A stretch of DNA of 64,000 bases from Hydrurus foetidus (Eukaryota): assembly GCA_900617105.1 (NCBI GenBank), contig UYFQ01000182.1, positions 1 to 64,000 of the forward strand, read 5' to 3'. Position 1 is the stretch's first letter. Each line of letters starts with the position of its first letter. Made by a program: the position numbers and the translations under genes. The notes beneath the pieces were generated by a model that had not been told where the DNA came from, searched no databases, and saw nothing but the letters and a program-made list of their open reading frames with translations. This document shows positions 22,159 through 35,500 of this stretch, one piece after another.

Positions 22159-23906
22159 TAGGCAGAGCACCAGATGGCATCCAGTGCAGAGAATGTGTGT
22201 GTGGGTTGGGGTGAGATGGTCACATCGAGGATAGCAGTTAGAAAGAGAACACAGCGCAGCACAGCGCAGAGTAATAGAATGGACAGGAGAGGGAGACAGG
22301 GAAAGGAGGCACGGTCTAGCAGAGTTCATTTGGCGGGCCAAATCAGCGGCTCAGGCCAGCACACACTCCCACTGACTGGCACTCGCCCACACTGCTACGC
22401 CGTCCACTGTAAAGCTGTCTGCGTTATTGTGCGTCATTGTACTTGTCTCAATCCCATTTCTTTCCGTCACTATCCCCACCTTGCTCATGAGATGAGATAC
22501 CTTTAGATCTGTCGAATCGAATGAAGAAGAGAAAAGGAGAGGAGAGGAGAGATTAATAGGAAGAAAAGACTTTGTAAGGAGATGAAGTAAAGCACAGCAA
22601 AGTAGACGATGCTGTGCCATGTCGTATCGCATGGCGCCACCACGTATTTCACCCCCCACCTTCCACCCCTTCTGTCTGTCTGCCATTCAACTCGCTGCTC
22701 TAGCCCATCCACACACCCACCTTATCACTTTACTGACCTGATCTCCTCGTAGCACTACACTGCACTACAGCACACTGCTCTGTATTCTTGTCTGGTGCCG
22801 TGAACGGTATTTACTGTTTTGGAGACTTTAAATTCGTTACTGCGCATCAGTCATGAGTGCGAGTAGTGAGAAAAGAACAGCGCAGCGCAGCGCATCTCAT
22901 ATCGCGTGTCATCACATCTCAATATGCCTGCTATGGTAGCGACGCTGTCACCCAGTCGAGTCCCGGACAGTGCAGCCTGATAAAGATCAAGATGGATCAA
23001 ATAAGCTGAATCAGATCGGATTGCTCAGCATCGCATTGGACTGGATTACATTGGATAGCTGCTACAGTGCTTGTCACTGCATTGCGATTTATCTTACTTG
23101 CCAGCATAGCCAGTTCCTACACTACACTACACCCTCCCCTGATCACGGAGTCGAGCAAGCCTCCTCGCCATCACCTCTTGAACATTCTCATCTCTACTTC
23201 GAAGCGTAGCATATTTCTATGAGTGAAAAGGTGTTGACGCGTGAAGTGGCTTGCTGAGCAGCGCGTGGCGTAACATCGATTTAGATTGTACTGTACTGTA
23301 CTGTACTGGAGGGAAGTGTTTGACTTGATTATTCCCTTGAAGGCGTACGCCACTTTTACACTTTTATTTTCCTTTTATCATGCTCCACCACGTACCGACG
23401 ATATTGATATTGAAACACATAAAAACGTTTTCAGCGCTCAGCGATGACAAGCAAAACACAACAGATGAGATCAGTCGCTCTTTTTAGTCTTACTGGTCAA
23501 TAGAAGTGTGTTGCTCTGTCTCTATCTGATTCGACTGTCGTCAAAACATGGAGACGAAGAAGAGGATATGGCGGTGTCAATGCAGTGGAGAGGGAATGAG
23601 TAGTGTCTTCCATGTCCCTAATACGACGCAGCTGTGCATCTGACTGCTCGATGCATACCACATCTATCTAAATAGCGAGTGACAGAATGTCAGTGCTAAG
23701 CAGTGCGGTGTCGCAGCTACTCTCTCTCCCCTTCTCTCAACGGTACAGGGAGCACCTTGGCTCTTCCCGCGCGTCACTTCAAGTCACCGCTGACTCCCAC
23801 TCCCAGCATACCCCTTGATTTTCTCCTCCTGATCTTTATCAGGCACCGCACACCTCGTCTCGTCCATCTCGATCTTCAATGTCTCAATGTCCCTCCCTCC
23901 CAAGCT

Positions 23907-26900
23907 CTAGAAGTAGTAGCTGTCAGCGTTGCTCTTCTCACCTTCGTCCTCATCTTCGTCTTCGTCCTCATGTTCATCTCCGTCTTCGTCCTCATATTCA
24001 TCTCCGTTTTCATCCCCTAGCCCCTCTCCTTTTAAAGCAGTAGCAGAAGCAGTTACAGTGCTGTCTAGTTGTCTAACTTCACTGATCAATTTGCCAGCAT
24101 CGTCATCTTGAACCAAGTACTGATACAACTCGTCGTCACTATCGTCATCATCATCATCAGTATGCCTCCTCCTCTCATCTGTTCTGCCTTCTGATCGATT
24201 TCTACTTATTCTATCCGCTCTGTCCCTCGCACCCGTATGTCTATCCACCGCTGCTGTGGCCACTATCCCCAAGGGGGCGAGAAGGGGCCCCAAGGGCAGC
24301 ATGCCCCTGAGACAGGGGTCGAAACAGCAGTAGTCCCTGAAGTCGTCATCGGGGAATATCCACCGCAACGCACGCAGCACTGCTCGGTACAGCTCAGCAG
24401 CCTAGGAGAGTCAGTGTGTGTGTGTTACGTAGAGCATGGGTGAGAGGAGGGTGTTCCAAATTAATCAAGGTATTTGCAAACACGATAGAGGAAGGAATGT
24501 CGAATGCTGCTTCAAAGCAAGGTTCGAAACTCAACTCCGAACAAAAGAAAACGAAGAGAAAAAATGAAGAGGTAAGAGAAGGGAAATATACGAAAGGGGG
24601 AAAGGGACGGAATGGAATAGAATGCTTTACTTACTCTGAGGGCGATGGGAGAGAGCGCTCCATTGTAGTACAAAGCGTTGAGGAAGATTGTGCGTGCATC
24701 AGCCAGACAAGCTTGTGGCTGTCTATAATGCAGGTTGAGTGCTCTCTGCCTCATCAGCGACAGATGCACATTCGCTGGTATCAGCAAGTCATACTCAGGG
24801 GCAGTGGCAGCTGGAAGAGAGGGAGATAGAGAAGAAGGGAGATAGAGAGGGGGGAGGGAGGGAGGTAGGGAGGGAGAGCGGATGGGATTACAAGTCGAAA
24901 TTGATCGAGACAATTTAAAGAAAAAGGACAGGATAAGTAAATTGCAATACATCGCGATTCAGTTCAGCTCATAGAAGTGCAGCCAGTTCTTGCAGATCAC
25001 AGCAAAAGATTTGGATGATCAGTCAAACTCACCATCAATCTGGTTAGCAAATGCCTCGAATTCAGCTAGGGAGATCATTCTATCCAGCACCCCGAAAATG
25101 GAACGGTTGACCCACTCCAGGTGCAGAGACCTCAAGTGCTTGTCGGAGAGGACGGGCAGGACTGGACCTTTAGTAGGGGGGGAGGAATCAGTGCCCCGTA
25201 TTCTTGGGCCAGAGGAGCCATCACCGTTCCTGTCCCTCTCCCTGTCCCTCTCCTTGTCTTTCTCTGACTCCCTCTCAACTGGGTTGGCTTTGCACATCTG
25301 ATTACCGCCCTTCCCGCCCTTACCAATGGATTTTTTCTTCTTGCAGTTGCCGTGTTTGTTGTGGCCTATGTTGCTTGTGCTGCCACACGCATTCGGATCG
25401 GAAGGGGCGACTGCCACACGTGTGCCCCTCCTCAACCCCTGACTTGCACTCGTTTCTTCTTGCTTCGAAACTGACTCTTCTTTTTCTTCTGCCTGTGGCT
25501 CTGCCTCTTGACTGGTCTCTATTCGTACCTCTTGAGAAGAATCCCCCTTATCTGCTGCATTGCTGTTGTCCGTCACTATCACCACGTCCTCACCATCTCC
25601 CTCTCCTCCTATCCCTCCATCTACCTCCAAATGATTGCCATGTGCAGCAATGTTGATAACTTCAATCTTTCCTTCTCCCTCTCCTTTTCCATCTTCCTCC
25701 TCATGCCCTTCATCTTTCATGTCAGGATTCTCACCCACATCCGCAAGGTGTTTTCTGCCATTCTTCTCTGCACTCTTCTTGCCCTTGACCTTCGATTTAT
25801 TCACTACAGCACTTGCAGTCTTGCTATCCTCACTGTTTACCTCTACCTCTACAACTTCCACTAACTCTTTCTCTCCCTTTCCCTCAGCGCCTTCTGAAAG
25901 ACACATCATGGAATCTGACTCAGTGACTGGTTCCACTTCCAGCTCCCACTCGTTCAAGTAGTCCTCCGCGATGTCTCTGCCTTCCAAGCTAGCTGCCTCC
26001 ACCTCGGAGTCCCACACAACTGACGCGCCTTCAGTGCAGTAAAGCAGAGCAGTTGAGAGGGGGCACGTAGGAGTGAGTAGAGGAGGGGGTGAGTTGGGGC
26101 GGGGAGGTGAGGGGAGGGGAGGGGAGGGTGGTATTGATGGTTGTCACGCAAGTGGTACATAGCAGTTGCGATCTAAGTCAATGCAAGTACTGTTATGCAG
26201 TCGCAGCTAACATCAAGGAAGTCGGACTAGTATGTGCGCTCCATGAGGCGATGCTTGTTGTGTGTGAACTCATCATGCGCGGTAATGTGATGCCTCACCT
26301 GACCAGAGAGGTACGCCCCAAGGATCTCTGACCAGCCGAACCACTGTGCCGCTCCACACCTCTCCACTGTCGTACGTACACATGAACCTGCGCGTGCACT
26401 CGATGGTGACACTGTTGGACAGCTGGGCTGTCGAGACTGCGACAGGAACAGGGACAGGGACAGGGACAGGGATAGGTGCTGGTACCACACACCCCACGGG
26501 CTGTTCGGAGGATGATTCAGCCGCAACCGGATTTGAGCGAGTGCGCACATCAAGATGCCAGCGGTTCTGGAAGCACTGCCTCAACAGCTGTCTCCGGATT
26601 AGGAACTCTGGGCACTCGTGACCCGGTCTGTACAACACGAAGAACGTACGCTTCAAGGAGAACAGAGGGTTCTTGTTTGCCTTAGGTCCCTGTCCATGTG
26701 CCTCCCCTACTAGTCCCGCCCTGACCCCTTCTTGCTCCTTCTCCAAGTCCCTCAGGGGACCCATGATGTGGATGGGTTGCAGCTGCAGCACCATCACCAG
26801 GCCCCCTGCCAGCCAGTCCTTGGATCCTACCACAACCCCTCCCTCGGGTCCAGCCTCAGGGGGAAACTCGTAGTCCACAGTCGCGATGCGGCACGCTATC

Positions 26901-29900
26901 CAGTCGGGACAATTCTCTAAAGAGAAACAAGATGACATGTGATGCAGAGAATGATGAAATGAACGGGTCACTTTTCTGCTGTAATCAGATGATTGCGCGT
27001 CCGCATAATTTAATTTAAGGCAACTGAATGCTATTCGTATCACTTTACCTGAGGAGAGCAACGTTCTCTTCCGCTTGGTGAGTCCAGAGGTCTGAGGAGC
27101 ACGGTCACAGTACAGCGCGTCGTACTGCGCGTGCCCCTTGGGGAAGTACAGCAATTCATCACCCACCTATATTATCAGTGAGCGAGTGAGTGAACGAACG
27201 AGTGTAGTTAGTGTAGTTCAGTTCAGTGCAGTGCTATGTGTTGTGTGGCATTGTGATCACCTGCGGTACGTAAATCTGTGTATTAGCGCCAGGACCGTCA
27301 GCAGCGGTGCACATGGAGCGGATGATAGACGGCTGCTCCTGGATCTTCAACTTGCGTCTGTAGACTGATCCTGCCAGCAGTGATGACTGGATGTCCCTCA
27401 GCTTGTTGCTCGGACGGAAGAAACGGTTTCTAAACACTGATGCCAGTACCCTCTCAGCAGCCTCCATCTTACTCGCTGAAGAGAGGCGGGTCAAAGCAGA
27501 GAATGTCCGTAAGAAAGTGGCGGTTGACGTGAGGTAGGAGGCGGCTGGGTCGGATAGGAGGGGGTAGTGAGAGCAGAGGGGATCCCCCTGGAGTAAGGGT
27601 AGCGGGATGGTGGAGAGCAGTTCTTGGACTCTGGAGGGAGGCAGCGGAGCTATCTGCTGTGTGTGTAGGTGCTGAGATGGTGACAAAGTAGATGGAGGAG
27701 AAGCCGTTACTTCCATCTTCACCATCGCTCCTCCTGCTGCTGTCCCTGCCCCTGTCCCTGCTTCTGTAGCTGTTGGTGTTGTAGCTGCAGTGTCTCTAAA
27801 TGTGTCCAGCAGATTTGGAGTAGCTACAACTTGGCACTTAAGCATGGCAGCAGCAGCAACCAACAATTCGTTCAGCATTCCTTCCACCACCGACTCGAAG
27901 ACTACACCCACTGATGGTCTCTGTTTCGAAGTGGTCGCCCTCTCCTTCCGCAACGAACCCCCTCCATCGGTAGACTCGAATTTCACTGCGCCCTCTAAGA
28001 CACCATTCCTCCCTCTTTTCAGGGATGCAGTGTAACCTTTCATTGATGATGCACTGTCCTTCTCTTCAGATTCGGATTTAATGAGCAGGTTGACAAGGAT
28101 GCTTTGAGTCGCTGCTTTGATAGACTGAATCTCTTCATACAAAGTCGTGTGGATGATGACCTCTCCCACCTTTACGTTCGCCAGCTCGTTGCACTCCGTA
28201 TTCAGCGTCCCCCCCTCCATGAGAATGTCCACAACCGTTTCGCAGAACTCGCCTAACAAGCTGTTAAGATTAAGATCCTCACCAGCACTGACACAGTTGA
28301 TAGAATCAAGAGCACAGCTGGCTGTAGGATAGAACTCGTTTTTAAGACCGTTTAGTTGGGGCTGTTGTTGTTGTGAGGAGAGTGCTCGGTATCTCAGTAT
28401 CAGATCTGTTGCATGCTGACGGATCAACAAGTTCTGCACACACGCAATGGGCAGTGACACCTCCCCATTGCCTTCCCTAGTTACCGTCATCTTGTACACC
28501 CCTTCCGTAAGTACTCTGGATGCCCAGCTACGTAAGTACGTCTGGAGGGCATTGTCGTAGTCGACCCAGAAATCCCTGGGTCCGCTTTCCTTAGGGTAAT
28601 TGGCTATTAGAGTGAGTGGACTGGATGATGCGAATTGCGAATGCTGCTGCAGCTTGGATGATGATGCAGCGAACGAAACCACGTCACCGTGACATGCCCT
28701 CCACCAACAGGACGCACGAGTGGGACGAGGAGAGGATTGATGCTTAGCGGTGGAGGAGTGAGGGGTCACTGAGGGCAAGGGAGAGGGCAAGGAGCACTTG
28801 GAGGAGGTGATCGAGGAGAAAGATGCGGCGGTGGAGAGAGAGGCGGCAGAAGAGCGAGTGGAAGAGATGCACACAGATGTGGCACCATCAGCCTCCATTC
28901 CATTCATGTCTAACATGTCTGTCACTGAACCCATCGATGTACCCCCTTCACAGAACACACTATCCATACCTTCAGCTGTGTCTCCACTCTCTCTCTTGAT
29001 CTGCGTCACATTGGAGAGAGATTGCTGAGGGTGTTCTAAATAGGATGGCGAGGAGTCAGAGCGGTAGAGGGAGAAGGAGGAGTCGAGGAGGACCATCCCT
29101 CTTGCCCTCTCATCCTCCAGAGCTACCCAAGAGACGCTGCTGCAGTTCTGTGCGCCGGAACCATTCACAACATGCAGTGGTAATATGGTCCGATACCGGA
29201 ATGAGAACAGTTACAGAAAGCAAAGTAGAGCGGTGTATATGAGGTAAGAGCATCAGCAGTACAGATGGTGGGCAGTGATTAAACAAAGTGTGTTTACCTG
29301 TGACTTTCTGCCCAGCATTCCTACAGGTAGATCCCGAGTTTTTAAATGGCTTTCCAGACAGCGCAATTGCAATCCTACACTCTCAGCTGTCAGACTCTTC
29401 CTCAGTCGATAGGACCACTGCCACGCAAAGGGTGGTAGAGCGAATGCCACTGGGCACTTGGGGTAAACCGCAAAGGGGAGCAGAGCCCTGCCCCCTAAAC
29501 GGGCCAGTTTTCTGAGCAGATTGGGGGGTACTCTGGCCCGTTGGGAGTAGAAAGTGCAATTGCGTCCAGATATCATGGGGGACAGGCGGGGCAGTTGGTG
29601 AGCGTTATGGCCTCTTTTCTTTCCGACGCTGTCATCGTCATCATCGTCACCATAACCATTCTCCTCCTCCTTTGCACAACCTTTACTCCCTACCGCACTA
29701 CGATCACCCTTCTCTCCCTCTACCTCTCCCTCTACCTCTTCTTCTCTCTGGCTGCCCTCTTCATCACTGCTCTCGCTCTCTACACTAGCCCCATCTCGAC
29801 CCGAACTCTTCTCAGCCTCGAGCAGCACCTGACTGAGATGGAGGAAGGAAGGCACCCTTAGAGACCCTGTTTTAGGGTGCTGACCGATCCAAAATTGACC

Positions 29901-31739
29901 CTTCAATTGCAGAGAAGAAGAAGAGGATGAGGAAGAAGTGGAGGAGGACTGAGGACCGGAATCTACCCCCTCCGGGGCTGAGAGGAACCAGTTGGGTTTG
30001 AAGGCGCAAGGGTGGATCTCATCCACCATCTCCACCGCTAACCGCTTTACACTACCAAGATCTTCTGCGATAGAGAGGCGCACTAGCCAAGGTAAAGGAG
30101 AGGTAGAGGTAGAGGTGTGTCGTCCTGTGTGTCTCTCAAGGGGGGTAGTTCTTAGAGCCCCTAGGGTCAAGTGCATCGCTTCTAGGAATCGACACAGACT
30201 GCGTGTGGGAGGCTGGCTGTACAGCGGCCAAGACGAAGGCGTATAGCATCGTGTTAGATTATCAGCAGCTGTTGTCGTTGCAGTGCAGTCTTCGTCCTTC
30301 TCTCCTTCCTTAATCCTCTGTTCGTCTAGTGTCACCTCCAAACATCCTCCAAGAGAGCTGAAGCAAGACTTGCTGTACACAGTGGAGGTGTTGAGTAGTC
30401 CAAGGTCCGCCTCTGCTGCTGCAGACAGACCGGATACTTGTGCCTTCGTTCCCAGGTACACGTTGTGCTTCAAGTCGCAGTAGCGGTTGAAGTAGGAGTG
30501 TGGGTCGAACTGGGCGGACAGTCGGTCAATGTCGGATATTGGCTCTGACCTCTCCTGCAACCGCACATCAGCATCCGCCTTGATCTCCTCTAGAGTGGAG
30601 AGTCGAGCGCTGCATCTCTTCCCGTCTATGGGTGCGGTGAGAGATATGTCCTCAAGGGTGTTCCCGACAGCCTCGATTAGTCTAGAGTCATATGCTGCTG
30701 CGATGGAATCTATCTCCGAGTCCGTCATCCCCACGTCAGAACGTTCGCATGAGGCTGATTTAGGGCGTACACGGTTGTTGAATAATCGCAGCCTGTCAAG
30801 CGCTGTTCTGTAGTTCTTCCAAGGCCAGGCCGATATCTCACTCTTAGACAAACAGTCCACTATTCGAATAACATCACTGGCACCTAGTATGCGAAAGCAG
30901 CTGCCACTGCTGTCCTCTATTTGATGATTCTGTAGAACGAACCGACCCACGAAAGACAGGGACATACTGTCGATGATGTTGACGGGCAGTCGGAGTCTGG
31001 AATTCATCGGATCCAAGGTACTGCATTCGTAGCACGCCCAGGTCTGTTCGAAATCTTTCGGATTCGTTTGCAAACAAGATTGATGATAGGCTGCGGGACA
31101 CATGTCGCAGCACAGCAGATCCCCTCCTAGCCCGCATATAATGCATTCTTCAGGAAACCCGTCTTCTCCCTTAGGAAATAAAGGCAGAGTGTTGCCTTGA
31201 TCGTCACTTGAGAGAACATTGCTGACTTCCTGCTCTATCTCTTCTCGGTATTCGATAAGTTTCTTAAATTTATCGTTAGACAGCAGAAGGCTTATCAAGC
31301 ACTGTAGCGTTAGCAGCTTTGTGCGGGTAGATGTGTTGATATAATTTATCCCGAGACTCTTACTTTCTGTCAAAATTTGAACAACTTCGAGGACATCGTT
31401 TAACTCTGAAGATGCTTCATCCCCCCATGACACTGCAGTACGATCTCTACGATACAGTAGCCGGTACTCAAGTAGGAGAGGTAGCAAATATTCAGTCCAA
31501 GTAAAACTGTCTAACGAAGACCAGTCAACACGTCCAGACAACTTCGGATTTTCTTCCCTAAATAATTGAATACACGCTCTCAGTAGCGTGCAATGAATCT
31601 CATCAATTAGAGGGCTATGATGTGGTGATTCAATGCACGACAAAAATGCTTCAGCCTCAAATGGAGATAACTGTAGCTGTAAAGAAAACGTTCTCAAGAA
31701 GAGGTAAGTTGGTAGCGCATCTAGAATTTTGGCCTCCAT
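23907..31739 (-). CDS. Large chromatin protein: DDT - WHIM1-like - PHD - BRWD/PHIP-like domain - bromodomain, multi-exon
   Basis: YLFLRTFSLQLQLSPF...EIHCTLLR and LDSFTWTEYL (DDT region). CIICGLGGDLLCCDMCPAAYHQSCL...WACYEC (PHD). LLRKLARLGG. YVPQ|VGDELLYFPKGH...PEFLI...DPWG...CVVWD (BRWD/PHIP-like). APEYDLLI...DARTIFLNALYYN (bromodomain). Confidence 0.8.
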
Positions 31740-32538
31740 CGACGTAATACAGTGCACCTCACATTCCTCGTAAGAAAATTGTTACTGCTGCGACCGTTCG
31801 CCAACAGTTGCCTTCGATATCTGAACTCAGCCAAGGATTCAACCATCCATCTACATATCATGCAGATTGCAAAGCATATTTTCAAAAAATTTCAAAAATT
31901 GATTGTTGAGTATAGCGGAGAGGCACAGTATTGAGTACCATACCGTGCTGTACTGTACAGGACAAGTGTACCATACGTACGGGGGTATATACGATTGAAA
32001 GGTAGCAGCTAGCAGCTACGATTGATTAGCTTTTCTAGATTGTTTGTAGGCAATTGATGGAGCGTTTATTTTTGTTAACATTTGTCATTATGAAGTAGGC
32101 ATCAGCCGTTTTAATGAACACGTATACACGGGAATAGGGCACCGAGATATCAGCATCGATATTAGAAAGCGGGAATGAGATAACATATCTCATACAGAGT
32201 GCCAACTATCATCTAATGACAACTGTGGCTTGAGATTTTGCAGAGTGCGAACAGTTTTGAAGCCTGTTCTGAATTGCCACAACATTTGAATTACAAAAAT
32301 CTACGAGGATCGGGGGTCGGTCCGCCACTCCCCCCAATTAGAGGTAATTGTTATCGCTACTACAAGCCGGATGCGCGTGCTGGATGAATTGGCTACTGTA
32401 TTATTGGCAATTTTTTGAAAAAATTAAAAGACGCGGGGCAGTTAATCTCAAAAGCCATCGTCCGGAGTGGACTGATCCATCGGCCAGCCTTCACTGGCCT
32501 CAAACACCTGAGAAAGGAGCTGACACTTCCTGAGAAAC
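31740..32538. promoter_or_regulatory. Putative bidirectional promoter region (~800 bp)
   Basis: Lies between two divergently oriented predicted start codons (31739 minus, 32539 plus). Positional inference only. Confidence 0.4.
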
Positions 32539-35500
32539 ATGGCTTCTTTTCGAGGCGGCTCTCGAGCTACTCAGGTTTCAAATGTCTATCTAATTATCAA
32601 GTAGCATATCCCCGACTTCTGCAGTTTGGACATCCCACATGCCAATGTCTAGCTGCATCTTCTTATGTTCTACTGTCATATGAATTGCATCATCCTTTCG
32701 CATTAGAAAAAGATGCGAGCCGTGCGGAAAGAATTGCTACTTCGTCAAGATTTGAGAGATATTATTGACGGTTGCTCGGAAAGGTGCGAACTTTAGACTC
32801 CATGACAACTTTCTGGACATTATGATCAGATTTAAATGTCTGCAAACACTTAGACCGCAGCAACTTGGAATTCTATTCGACGAAGAGAGAATAGGCCAGT
32901 ATGGTGGTAAGTAAACCTTTGTGCATAACGCACTTTCAACGAGCAGCTACCTAAGTACAAGCATTCTGCGACATTTGCAGCTATAGCAGCCTACTGAAGA
33001 TGATTGACAACAGCAGCAGCTCCGCAGATTCTTAACGAACTGTTCTATTATTTGTCTCACAGAAGATGTATTTGCTTTCAAAAGCGATGTGGAGGCTGCA
33101 TTCAAACATATGCTGAAAATGAGAATTCGGGCCAAAGACGTTGCCATTATCAAAGAACACTTTACAATACTCTTAGAGGACGCATTTGATGATATGTTCC
33201 CGAAAGCCGTGCCGCTCGTTGAGGCTGGGATAGAAGATGAGTCGAAAGTAAGTAAAAAGCGCTCTCGGCAATCAGAATTAGATGTTACAGAGGACTCAAC
33301 AACAAAAAAGACATCGCGATCCATAAAGAAAGATGGAGAAGAGGAGACAACTGCAACAATTCCCTCTTTACGAATGACGTACAATCAGAAGGTACGAATG
33401 AATCTTCTTTCTGTTGGCATTTCGAAGTGGAACAAATGAAGTTTCAACAACAGACAGCAAATTAATGCTATCTCAATTTACTGGCTGTCAGACGGCACTG
33501 AAGAGTATTCTGAATTCGCTGATGAAGAACGAAATGGCGGAAGTATTTCTGTATCCTGTTGACTCGAGGTAGGAGAAGAGGAGAGTGGAAGAGAGGAGGG
33601 AGGTTACTGCGCTCTATCCGGTTGTACTTCGCAGTTCAATAGTGTCGTTTGCGTACCAGTTATATAATATTTGAGGGTGGATGACTGAGATGCTGTGCAG
33701 ATGATTTTGCTTTTTTGTTGTCATGACATCGCATCGCACCGCATTCAACTGTGTCAGAGCGCAATCATAAGCACATCACGATACTGCATCGAGTGGCATT
33801 ATCGCGTTGACTTTGCCTTGTGCTGCGCTGCGCTGCACACTAAGATAACTTCAGCGACTCAGGCAGACCATACTATTCAAGATGTATTCTTGTGTCTTGA
33901 TTCCCTTTTTTTGCTGCATTTTCTATCGAATGACTTCGAGTGAACTGCTTTTTCTCGGTCCCTCCGCACCACGTAGCTCTTTGTCCTTAATCCTATCCTC
34001 CTATCTCCTTCCACCTCTTTCTCGCGGACTCTCTCATTCTATTCTTCTATAAATTCCGTTTCTCACCCGCTGATACTCAAAATCGTCCATTGTTCTATGT
34101 ACTGCATTGTATTGCATCGTACCTTACTGTGCTGTCTTACTTCTTTGTCGCTTCTGCAGTATGTTTCCTGAGTACTACGAGATAATAAAGAATCCACGGG
34201 ACCTGAGCACAATCAAAGATCAGCTGAACAAATACGACACAGTGGAGGAATGTCTGGCCGACCTGAGACTGGTGTGGTCCAACTGCAGGCTATTCAACAG
34301 TGAGGGCTCGGACATAGCGGACACCGCTGATGCGCTGAGTGCAGAGCTGGAAGAAATGGTCGATGTACGTGATGTCCTATGATGTATGCGTGTACGTGTG
34401 TGTACGTGTTTATGCGTGGGTGCAAAGACAAGTGGTGGGAGGACAATTGATTTTCTCGACCATCAGTTGTGATTCATCATTCGTTCTTACATTATCATTA
34501 GAGTGTGTGCTGCATTACTCCATCTCCTCTATTCCGCATGTGTAGCCGTTCGTGCCGCTCTGAATGATAGTTGGGGCAGCACTTCTGCATGTCTGTGCGT
34601 CTGTGAACCTATCTACGTATCTGCCTGTGCGTGCGTGTGTGTGTGTGTGTGTATGTATGTATGGCCTTCTGTGTGTCTGTAAGCTTGTGTGCCTGTCTAT
34701 GGCCTTATCTATTTGTCAAGCAGCACATGCTACACTGAGCGGATTGGAAGTGATGAAGTAGTGGACATATGTGTTTAGGACGGCAGTGTGGACATGACAT
34801 GATGGGCTCTCTGATATGAGTAGCGCCGAATTCCATGGTCTGAGATTAGTTTTGTTTCTATCGCATCGGAAATTAGCTCACGCTAGATTACGCTATATTA
34901 AATGTCGCTCATGGCAACACAACGCCTCATCCGACGCTCACTGTGCATGCACTGTAAACCTCATCCAATACCTACTACGCACGTAACGACATCTCAATGT
35001 TCAGGCCAAGTTAGGATCAGAATTTGTGAAGAAGAAGAGGGCAAAGAGTAAGAAGGCAACACCACTCACCTGTGAGTCTACAACAGCACCCGCCCCTTCA
35101 TCCGTTCCTATTGCATCCGTCACACTGACAGCTGCCACGTCAGCAGAGTCGAAGAAGCGTATCATTCTCACCGCTGCTTCTTCTCATCCTAATTCCCTGG
35201 AGGGAGTAACAGTCACGAAACCGTCCAAAATAAAAGCAGAAAAAGCAGCTGACACGTCTACTAAATCGATTAAATCTGAAGACAAGACCAAGGGAGGAGG
35301 CGGAGGGGGGACAAGTGCAATAGGCGCATCGTCTTCGTCCTCCCCTGCACTAACTCTCACACTAAATCCCCTGCAGTCCTCTCTGTCCAAGAAAGCCATG
35401 AAGAAGATCATCACAGACGTTAAAGCCACTGAACTCGCAGAGCCTTTTCTCCATCCTGTCTCCCTGAGTGAGGCTCCCAACTACTTGGACTACGTCACTC

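Noticed and set aside
31980..32336. GGGGG...CCCCC-bounded segment in the divergent intergenic region as a MITE
   Set aside because: The inverted match does not extend beyond the homopolymer and there is no TSD.
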